The notes under the pieces: model-generated
Database searches by the model: none
What the model was told of the DNA's origin: nothing
What the model saw: the letters and a program-made list of their open reading frames with translations, nothing else
From: a virus
Length of the DNA stretch: 57,696 bases
Strand: one strand, 5' to 3'
IMG/VR virus record: IMGVR_UViG_3300043493_000066
Location: 1-57,696 of that record
Shown: piece by piece, positions 44,315 to 50,898 of the stretch
Position numbering within the stretch: the stretch's first letter is position 1
Layout of the letters: each line of letters opens with the position of its first letter
Made by a program: the position numbers and the translations under genes

Positions 44315-44622
44315 GAGCCACCGCATCGGAGTCGCGCTACCTCGGCCGCGTTGTCCTGCTCTCCTGCGTGCTGTGCGCGTTTCTCGGCATGCAGCAGGAC
44401 GGCCGCACCTTCCCTCATCACATCAAGGAAGGAACCGGGATCGGCGAGCGATCGCAGCACTGGCTCACCGTCGCGCTTTGCTATGAACACCACCAGGGCG
44501 CGAGCGGGATCCACGGCCTGGGCACGAAAGGCTTCTACACGCGCTATCAGCTCGACGAGCTCGACCTGCTGGCGCTGACGATCAAGGCCATGCACGTCCA
44601 GGAGCTGCTGAGAGCGGCATGA
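44311..44622 (+). CDS. Ref-like HNH nuclease (103 aa)
   Basis: CVLC...FPHHIKEGTGIGERS.HWLTVALCYEHHQG..GIH resembles the P1 Ref family. GTGA overlap. Confidence 0.5.
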   Translation: MRATASESRYLGRVVLLSCVLCAFLGMQQDGRTFPHHIKEGTGIGERSQHWLTVALCYEHHQGASGIHGLGTKGFYTRYQLDELDLLALTIKAMHVQELLRAA

Positions 44623-45115
44623 TGACATTGTGGAGATCGAGCATTGCCTCTACTAGTTCACCTGTTGAAGAGCGAAAGCGATCGGCCAGACGCTCGATCG
44701 GCGACGCGTCGATAGTTCTCAGCTTGGGCCTCAATTCGCCTTTGGCAGTAACCCGAAAATGTCCTCGAACGGCTTTGTCGCTACCGATCCAGACACCGTG
44801 GATGAAGTCATTTCGATCGTCATACATCGAATGGCATCCCTTCAGGATCTCGATGAATCTCTCGCCCACCGCCTTGTCCTTCGGGACGACCGCGTGATGA
44901 ACAAGCGCTTGGGCGAGGTGGACCTTGTTTCTAAACTGCAGGTCGGCAGTGACGATCTGTGTGACACCGGTATCGCGACTGATCAAGACCCAGCAGAGCC
45001 AGTCGATCTGAGACTCGAGCAGCGAGGACTCAGCGACCAATCGACCAAGCGCCATCAGAAACCTGTCGGAATGCGGGCTTGCCTCATCCAACGGCCCCTG
45101 AACTCTAATCGCCAT
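44582..45115 (-). CDS. HEPN-like protein (177 aa), reverse-oriented gene in a lower-GC segment
   Basis: GGAGGTGA lies before ATG 45115. Has an Rx4H motif (RNDFIH) preceded by a helical LESQIDWL...LQFRNKVHLAQAL pattern, as in AbiU2/MAE_28990-type HEPN domains. Local GC is visibly lower than the flanks. Confidence 0.5.
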   Translation of the reverse strand: MAIRVQGPLDEASPHSDRFLMALGRLVAESSLLESQIDWLCWVLISRDTGVTQIVTADLQFRNKVHLAQALVHHAVVPKDKAVGERFIEILKGCHSMYDDRNDFIHGVWIGSDKAVRGHFRVTAKGELRPKLRTIDASPIERLADRFRSSTGELVEAMLDLHNVIMPLSAAPGRAWP

Positions 45116-45143
45116 TTCTCACCTCCGATGGATTCAGCCTAGC

Positions 45144-45740
45144 ATGACCGAGCACCCGATCATCTTCAGCTGCCAGATGGTGCGCGCGATCCTCGATGGC
45201 CGGAAGACGCAGACGCGGCGGCTGGTCAAGCCGCAGCCGTTAAGTCCAGAGGTCGCGCCACATTGCGAGAACGGCTGGTGGATGTGGCGCGTCTGGACAC
45301 CCGATAGCGCCAAGCACGGCTTCCCGAGCGTGCGCACAGGGGATCGACGCTGTCCGTACGGCGTCGCTCGCGACCGGCTGTGGGGGCGCGAAACGTTCAC
45401 CACGAATGGACCAGGGAAGATCGACTATCGCGCTGATGGCGAACCCGCTTGCGCGTATCGCATTCGCTGGATGCCGGCGATCCACATGCCGCGCTGGGCA
45501 TGCCGGTTGCTGCTCGATGTAGTCAGCGTTCGCGTCGAGCGCCTGCAGGAGATCAGCGGCACGGACGCGCGCGCCGAAGGCATTGACGAGGAGGACTACC
45601 CGCCGCCTCCGGACGATCAGGAGTACCGCTTCGACTACCGCGCTGGATACGCGCAGCTTTGGGACTCGCTTAACGCCAAGCGCGCGCCGTGGTCGTCGAA
45701 TCCGTGGGTGTGGGTGGTCGAATTCAACAGGGCTGCATGA
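45144..45740 (+). CDS. ASCH/PUA-like domain protein (198 aa)
   Basis: HPIIFSCQMVRAILDGRKTQTRRLVKPQP N-terminus. Confidence 0.5.
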   Translation: MTEHPIIFSCQMVRAILDGRKTQTRRLVKPQPLSPEVAPHCENGWWMWRVWTPDSAKHGFPSVRTGDRRCPYGVARDRLWGRETFTTNGPGKIDYRADGEPACAYRIRWMPAIHMPRWACRLLLDVVSVRVERLQEISGTDARAEGIDEEDYPPPPDDQEYRFDYRAGYAQLWDSLNAKRAPWSSNPWVWVVEFNRAA

Positions 45741-47476
45741 CGAAGCCGATCATCCCCGACGCCGCGCTGAAGCAGCACCTGATCGCGCTGGGCAAGACCG
45801 GCGCCGGCAAGTCGTCGGTGCTCCGGCTCCTGGTCGAGCGCATGCTCGACGATCGCTGCCCGGTCTGCATCCTCGACCCGAAGGGTGACTGGTGGGGGCT
45901 GAAGTCTTCCGCCCGCGGCGATCGCGCCGGCTACCCGGTCGTCATCTTCGGCGGCGAGCATGGGGACGTGCCGCTCAACGCGCACGCCGGCGCGCACGTC
46001 GCCGAGCTCGTCGCAACCGGTAACCGACCCTGCATCATCGACCTGGGCGGCTGGCTTGTAAGCGATCGCACCAGGTTCTTCATCGACTTCGCGTCGACGC
46101 TCTTTCGCCACTCGCGCGGGCCACGCTGGCTCGTGATCGACGAGGTGCACAACTTCGCGCCGCAGGGCAAGGTCCTGGATCCAGACGCCGGCAAGATGCT
46201 GCACTGGGCGAACCGCCTGGCGTCCGAAGGCCGCGGCAAGGGCATCACGCTGCTCGCTGCTTCGCAGCGGCCGCAGAAGGTGCACAAGGACTTCGTCACG
46301 AGCTGCGAGACGCTCATAGCGATGCGCGTGATCCATCCGCTCGATCGCGGCGCGATCAAGGATTGGATTGACGGCTGCCCGGACGCATCGAAGGGGCGCG
46401 AGGTGCTCGAGCAGCTCGCCTCGATGCCGCGCGGCGAGGGCTGGGTCTGGTCGCCGGAGATCGGCTTCGGGCCAGTGCGGATCGCGTTCCCGCTGTTCAA
46501 GACGTACGACTCGTTCGCGGCGCCGACTGGTGAAGGCACTGAGAAGCTGAAGGGCTGGGCCGAGGTCGACCTGGATGACGTCAAGTCCAAGCTCGCGACC
46601 GTCGTCCAGGAGGCCGAGGCGAACGACCCGAAGCGGCTGCGCGCCGAGATCTCGAGGCTCAATGCGCAGGCGCATCGGCTTACGAAGGATCAGCCAGGTG
46701 GCGCGACGCCGGCGCAGCTGAACGCGGAATACACCCGCGGCCGCGAGGAGGGATTCGACGCCGGCCGGCAAGAGGCGGCGAGGATCCTGCGCGAGATCGC
46801 AACCGAGGCGAAGAGCAAGATCCACGTCGCGCTCGGACAATTGAACATAGCCGCCGGGCACGTCGATTCGCTCGCGGAGGTCTCGGAGCGAACGTATGCC
46901 AAACGTAAGTCAATTGACATACACCTGACACACAAACGCCGGCAAGACCTTGATTCAGCGGTGCCTCATAAAGCCCAGCAGAGGGCCTCTGCAGGCCAGG
47001 CAGCCGCGTCGCCAGAGCTCGGCACCGGCGGCCTGCGGCGAATGATGATCGCCCTCGCTCAACGTCCTCAGGGGCTCACCAGGCGATCGCTGGGCGTGCG
47101 CGCCGGCATGTCGAGCCAGAGCGGCACCTTCGCCACCTACCTCGCCAAGGGCCGCACACTGGGATGGCTGAATGGCGACGCCAACGCGATCCGCGTCACC
47201 GACGCAGGCCTCGAGGCGCTCGGTTCCTACGAACCACTGCCGACAGGTTCGGCGCTGCGCGCCTACTGGATCGGCGAGTTCGGGGGCGGAGCTGCTCGGC
47301 TCCTCGAGGCGATCGCGGCCGCGTACCCGGACGGCATCACGCGCGACCAGGCTGGCGATGCGGCTCAACTCTCACCGCAGAGCGGGACCTTCGCGACCTA
47401 TCTGTCTAAGCTGCGCGCGCTCGAGCTCATCAGCGGCAGCGGCACGCTGCGCGCGAGCGACGAGCTGTTCGACTGA
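45737..47476 (+). CDS. HerA/FtsK/TraG-like ATPase with two C-terminal winged-helix repeats (579 aa)
   Basis: Walker A GKTGAGKSS, Walker B WLVIDEVHNF, and LLAASQRPQ. Duplicated C-terminal ..SQSGTFATYL(A/S)K.. motif. Confidence 0.65.
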   Translation: MTKPIIPDAALKQHLIALGKTGAGKSSVLRLLVERMLDDRCPVCILDPKGDWWGLKSSARGDRAGYPVVIFGGEHGDVPLNAHAGAHVAELVATGNRPCIIDLGGWLVSDRTRFFIDFASTLFRHSRGPRWLVIDEVHNFAPQGKVLDPDAGKMLHWANRLASEGRGKGITLLAASQRPQKVHKDFVTSCETLIAMRVIHPLDRGAIKDWIDGCPDASKGREVLEQLASMPRGEGWVWSPEIGFGPVRIAFPLFKTYDSFAAPTGEGTEKLKGWAEVDLDDVKSKLATVVQEAEANDPKRLRAEISRLNAQAHRLTKDQPGGATPAQLNAEYTRGREEGFDAGRQEAARILREIATEAKSKIHVALGQLNIAAGHVDSLAEVSERTYAKRKSIDIHLTHKRRQDLDSAVPHKAQQRASAGQAAASPELGTGGLRRMMIALAQRPQGLTRRSLGVRAGMSSQSGTFATYLAKGRTLGWLNGDANAIRVTDAGLEALGSYEPLPTGSALRAYWIGEFGGGAARLLEAIAAAYPDGITRDQAGDAAQLSPQSGTFATYLSKLRALELISGSGTLRASDELFD

Positions 47477-47757
47477 TGCCCTGCATCCACTTCAAGCTCG
47501 GCGGCCGCGTTGCGCACATGAGCGTCGCCGGCGACTTTAAGCCTGGCGATCAGGCGCCGACTGGTTACCTCGACTGGCAGGAGTGGGCCGCGATTCAGCA
47601 CAAGGCCGGCATGCGCCAGGAGGAGTGCGGCCGGTGCGGTCGATGGAAGTATCCACAGCAGCTGAGCGACCAGCGTATCGACACGCCGGCGCGCACGCGA
47701 AGCGGACTCGGCATGACGTTGACGAGCGCGGTCTGCCTGGAGTGTGCCGGTGGCTAA
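47476..47757 (+). CDS. Hypothetical Cys-containing protein (93 aa)
   Basis: ORF track. CGRCGRW....CLEC. Confidence 0.55.
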   Translation: MPCIHFKLGGRVAHMSVAGDFKPGDQAPTGYLDWQEWAAIQHKAGMRQEECGRCGRWKYPQQLSDQRIDTPARTRSGLGMTLTSAVCLECAGG

Positions 47758-48049
47758 TACAGCACCGCCGTATCTGACGGACGAGGAGATCGAGTTCATC
47801 ACGCGGCCGCGCACGCAAGGCGCGGCGCGCCTTCGCTACTTTCGCGACGTGCTGAAGGTACGGGCGGAGCCACGGCCGAACGGGCAGCCGCTCGTCTGGC
47901 GGTCGGACTTCGAGACAACCCGCCGACGCGAGCAGGATGCAGCCAATGACGGCCGTACGCCATCCAGAGATTGGTCTGCGTTCGAGAAAAAGGTACGCTA
48001 TGAGGACGGTGGGGAGAAAACGGAAAGACGGCAACCCGCTCGGGCTTGA
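47744..48049 (+). CDS. DUF4224-like protein, excisionase candidate (101 aa)
   Basis: YLTDEEIEFITRPRTQGAARLRYFRDVLKV...NGQPLVWRSDF. Lies directly upstream of the integrase. Confidence 0.55.
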   Translation: MPVANTAPPYLTDEEIEFITRPRTQGAARLRYFRDVLKVRAEPRPNGQPLVWRSDFETTRRREQDAANDGRTPSRDWSAFEKKVRYEDGGEKTERRQPARA

Positions 48050-49094
48050 GCGGCGGGTCGAGTTCCATCACGGTCAGTTCCGGTATCTGCACCGGGACGG
48101 TCGGAAGGAATCGCTCGGTGCGGATCTGAAGCGCGCGAACCAGCGCGCCAGGCTGTACAACGATCCTCGAGAGGACTACGGGACGGTCGGCTACTACCTC
48201 GAGCTGTTCCTCGCGGACGCGCGCGCTGGGCGACTGCCCGCCGGCAGGAAGCTCTCGGAGCGCACGATCGCGGACTACGACTCGGAGACGGCGAACATCA
48301 AGATCTCGCCGATCGGCAAGCTGCTTCCGACCGAGATCGTGCTCGAGCCCAACCTGCTGTCCGAGTACCGCGATCGGCGTGTCAGCGACGAAGGCAAAGG
48401 CCAGGTGCAGGCGAACCACGGCCTCGCGCTCCTGTCGTCGATGTTCTCCTGGCTGATCGAGAAGGGGCACTGCCCGGGCCTGCTGGTGAACCCGGTCAAG
48501 GCCATCAAGCGATTCGCGCGCCGGCCGAAGGATCGTTACGTCGAGGACCACGAATACCAGCCGGCCTACGTCGAGGCGATCGCGAGCGTGAGGATGGCGA
48601 TGGCGCTCGTCTACAGCACGCTGCAGCGCCCGTCCGACGTGCTGGGCCTGCCGCCCTCGCCCGCGCGCGCGAAGACCGTAGCGGGCAAGCAGAAGCGGAT
48701 CCTGCCGGTGCGGCAGTCGAAGACGGGTCGCACCGTCGACATCGAAGTTACGCCCGAGCTCGAGCAGATGCTCGGCATGCTCGCGCCTGCGCCGGAAGAG
48801 AAGGTGGTGAAGCTGCCGACGGCGCTCGTCCACGGCCGCGGCGGCAAGCCGTACACCGAGGACGGCATGGCAGCGATGCTGCGCCGCTACTGCATCAAGG
48901 CGAAGGTGCGCCCGTTCGGGTTGATGGACGTGCGCGCGAAGGGCGCGACCGACATGTACCTGCGCGGCGTGCCGCTCGAGCAGATCCAGATGCTCATGGG
49001 ACACAAGTCGGTGCAGACCACGGAGATCTACATCAAGCGGCTACTCGGCACGATCTCGACGGTCGCTCCGAACAGCGTTGCGGTGGGGAATTGA
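48000..49094 (+). CDS. int: Tyrosine integrase (364 aa; alternative start 47937)
   Basis: C-terminal catalytic region ..RAKGATDMY..GVPLEQIQMLMGHKSVQTTEIYIKR. Adjacent to attP. Confidence 0.9.
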   Translation: MRTVGRKRKDGNPLGLERRVEFHHGQFRYLHRDGRKESLGADLKRANQRARLYNDPREDYGTVGYYLELFLADARAGRLPAGRKLSERTIADYDSETANIKISPIGKLLPTEIVLEPNLLSEYRDRRVSDEGKGQVQANHGLALLSSMFSWLIEKGHCPGLLVNPVKAIKRFARRPKDRYVEDHEYQPAYVEAIASVRMAMALVYSTLQRPSDVLGLPPSPARAKTVAGKQKRILPVRQSKTGRTVDIEVTPELEQMLGMLAPAPEEKVVKLPTALVHGRGGKPYTEDGMAAMLRRYCIKAKVRPFGLMDVRAKGATDMYLRGVPLEQIQMLMGHKSVQTTEIYIKRLLGTISTVAPNSVAVGN

Positions 49095-49319
49095 TGCTGC
49101 AAGTTGTTGAACGTGCGTCTCTTGACACGCGGGAATCAGCGCAGATTTATTCCCCGCTCTATACAGAGAATCCCCGCTGCACCGGCACGTTATACAGATT
49201 TCGAACTTGGACTGTTAATCCGCAGGTCCCAGGTTCGAGCCCTGGTCGGGGAGCCAATAATCAATCGCTTAGCGCAGCGCGCAGTTTCGCATTTCGCAGA
49301 ATTTTCCCCAGTGGGGAAT
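49085..49319. repeat. GGGGAAT / ATTCCCC repeats flanking the attP core (candidate integrase arm-type sites)
   Basis: ggggaat at 49085 and 49313, gggaat at 49131, attcccc at 49149, aatcccc at 49169. Palindrome ttccccaGtggggaa at 49304-49318. tccccgct and tatacaga each occur twice. Confidence 0.45.
49209..49256 (+). other. attP core: 3' ~48 nt of a tRNA-Asn(GTT) gene including CCA
   Basis: ggactGTTaatccgcaggtcccaggttcgagccctggtcggggagcca closely matches the anticodon loop, T-arm and acceptor 3' strand of bacterial tRNA-Asn. No matching 5' half lies upstream. Confidence 0.7.
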
Positions 49320-49326
49320 ATCGGGG

Positions 49327-49524
49327 ATGAAGCTCTTCAAGATCCAGGTGCAGTTCACGTATCGGCGCGCCGGCCGCACCGGCGCCGAGGTGATCGTGCA
49401 TGCGCGCTCGAGCGCGGCCGCGGAGAAGCTCGTGCAGAGGAAGTTCCCGAAGTGCGAGATCAGCAAGGCGCTCGACCTCGGCCCGACGCCGAAGCACTTC
49501 GTGATCGCCGACCTGCTGGACTAG
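49327..49524 (+). CDS. Hypothetical small protein (65 aa)
   Basis: Very high GC3 and natural composition. Converges on the Mom-like gene, with stops sharing CTAG. Confidence 0.6.
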   Translation: MKLFKIQVQFTYRRAGRTGAEVIVHARSSAAAEKLVQRKFPKCEISKALDLGPTPKHFVIADLLD

Positions 49525-50318
49525 TTCGCCTTAGGGTACGGCAGATTAGTCCACGCCGGCCGCCGGCGCTGATCGCCGAGCCACCAGGTGTACGTGTGGT
49601 TCCCAGGATGGCGCACTGCCTGGAATCCGCCCTCCTCCAGCGCGCGCGCCACGTAGCCGTGTCCCGTCTCGAGCGGCCGCCGATCGGGCGCACCCAGAGC
49701 TCGCAGCTGGTCGTAGGCATACCCTGCCCCGCTCTCGTCGTTTCTCAGCTTCGACATCGCGCGGCCGTCGACCACGCGGCCGTCTCGAGAGAGGACCATC
49801 AGCTGCGCGCGTGAGCGGCCGCGGTAGGACGCGTTCAGCGCCTGGTACACGGTGCCGACGTGACCGCGTTTGACCACGCGGCCGTCCGCGTCGATGCGCT
49901 CGAGCGGATCCGAATAGGACAGCACGCCGTCGATGCTCTTCCGCGGCCGCAGCAGGCGGAAGGCGCGCGCAACGAACCACGACTCCGCGTTCGCGGCGAC
50001 TTGATCGAGCAGCACGAGACGCGCGAGCACGGCGCCGGCGTTCGGCTCGAGCCCCTCGAAGTACTTCGGCACGATCGCCTGATGCACGGGCCCGGCGAAG
50101 ATTGCAACGCCCACAAGCTCGTCGCGCTCGAACCTGCCCTTCACGAATAAGCCGGCGCTGAATCGCGCGGCCGGGAACGTGCCGGCATAGTGATGGCGAA
50201 CGGTGAAGGCCTTCGCGATATCCCGGCCGATCTCGTCGACCGCCGCGCGACTGGTGTCGAAGACCTCGCCTGCAGGCCGGTAGCGCGGCCGGCGATCGCG
50301 CCAGCGTTGGCAGATCAT
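49521..50318 (-). CDS. Mom-like / GNAT-fold putative DNA-modification protein (265 aa)
   Basis: VRHHYAGTFP...LVGVAIFAGP...LARLVLLDQVAANAESWF...GVLSYSDP...GHVGTVYQALNASYRG pattern, recalled from Mom-family methylcarbamoylation proteins. Not verified by a search. Confidence 0.45.
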   Translation of the reverse strand: MICQRWRDRRPRYRPAGEVFDTSRAAVDEIGRDIAKAFTVRHHYAGTFPAARFSAGLFVKGRFERDELVGVAIFAGPVHQAIVPKYFEGLEPNAGAVLARLVLLDQVAANAESWFVARAFRLLRPRKSIDGVLSYSDPLERIDADGRVVKRGHVGTVYQALNASYRGRSRAQLMVLSRDGRVVDGRAMSKLRNDESGAGYAYDQLRALGAPDRRPLETGHGYVARALEEGGFQAVRHPGNHTYTWWLGDQRRRPAWTNLPYPKAN

Positions 50319-50494
50319 CGCGCGGCCCCTTTCTGCTCGGCGAGCATCAGCTTTTCCAGCCGCCTAAATTCCGCGCATGCGGCGCGGTAGTCCGCCTTTG
50401 CCCACTTGGTCCGCCCTGCCCTGCGCATCAGACGGTTTCCCGCATCGCGCCCGGCCGCAAAGATCACCGGATAGGTAAGTTGCCGCGCTTGCAT
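50315..50494 (-). CDS. Small ORF translationally coupled to the Mom-like gene (59 aa)
   Basis: AGGAGAAG lies before ATG 50494. Its stop overlaps the Mom-like ATG (ATGA). Hand translation: MQARQLTYPVIFAAGRDAGNRLMRRAGRTKWAKADYRAACAEFRRLEKLMLAEQKGAAR. Confidence 0.5.
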   Translation of the reverse strand: MQARQLTYPVIFAAGRDAGNRLMRRAGRTKWAKADYRAACAEFRRLEKLMLAEQKGAAR

Positions 50495-50535
50495 TCGCTT
50501 CTCCTTTGGCCCCTGAATCCCCCGAGGCGCGGGGC

Positions 50536-50604
50536 TGGAGCTAGAGGGACTCGAACCCTCGGGGAACTGGATCTAGAGCCCGTCCCCGGCACCTGCCTAG
50601 CCCC
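50536..50604 (-). ncRNA. tRNA-Ala-acceptor minigene 1 (69 nt), non-canonical core, loop CUCUAGA
   Basis: GGGGCTA...GAGGG-TTCGAGT-CCCTC-TAGCTCC-A. The acceptor has G3:U70 and A73. There is no normal D-arm. A long interrupted hairpin is capped by a 7-nt loop. Confidence 0.5.
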
Positions 50605-50616
50605 GTGTTTGGGGTG

Positions 50617-50683
50617 TGGAGCTAGAGGGACTTGAACCCTCGAGGTTTGGTTTTTAAGACCTACCTCACGACCTGTTAGCCCC
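50617..50683 (-). ncRNA. tRNA-Ala-acceptor minigene 2 (67 nt), non-canonical core, loop CUUAAAA
   Basis: GGGGCTA...GAGGG-TTCAAGT-CCCTC-TAGCTCC-A. Same acceptor and T stem as minigene 1. Lies about 19 nt downstream of the predicted transcription start. Confidence 0.5.
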
Positions 50684-50709
50684 TTCGGTACTGCCTTGCT
50701 ACGGTTCTA

Positions 50710-50738
50710 ACTATACACATGCGATGTGCGTACGTCAA
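50710..50738 (-). promoter_or_regulatory. Promoter TTGACG-N17-TATAGT with CACAT-N3-ATGTG in the spacer
   Basis: Minus strand reads TTGACGtacgCACATcgcATGTGTATAGT. Confidence 0.6.
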
Positions 50739-50807
50739 GCACTATTTACGGCCTCCAGGCACCGTTCTACATAGCGGAATACCTGTAAATTACCCTTTCG
50801 CAGGTAC

Positions 50808-50836
50808 TTGACACATGCACATGATATGTGTATCGT
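50808..50836 (+). promoter_or_regulatory. Promoter TTGACA-N17-TATCGT with CACAT-N3-ATGTG in the spacer
   Basis: Plus strand reads TTGACAcatgCACATgatATGTGTATCGT. Confidence 0.6.
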
Positions 50837-50898
50837 GTGACCCGTAGCTTGAAGCTACACCCGCGCCTCGGGGGTCAGGGGCCAGGAAAGGCAAGCAG

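Noticed and set aside
44582-45115. A HEPN-MNT toxin-antitoxin pair.
   Set aside because: No nucleotidyltransferase-like or small antitoxin ORF is adjacent, so only the solitary HEPN-like gene is reported.
49171-49256. A complete tRNA-Asn gene.
   Set aside because: Only the 3' ~48 nt match a tRNA. No 5' acceptor strand complementary to TCGGGGA and no D-arm can be placed at the right distance. It is interpreted as the attP core.
50536-50683. A tmRNA, or ordinary tRNA-Ala genes.
   Set aside because: The elements are too short (67-69 nt) and have no tag ORF or pseudoknots, so they are not a tmRNA. They have no D-arm or standard anticodon arm, so they are not a normal tRNA-Ala. They are reported as non-canonical tRNA-like elements instead.
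50700-50840. LexA/SOS boxes in the divergent promoter region.
   Set aside because: No CTGT-N8-ACAG or GAAC-N4/N7-GTTC type box is present. The CACAT-N3-ATGTG repeats do not match any LexA consensus I know.
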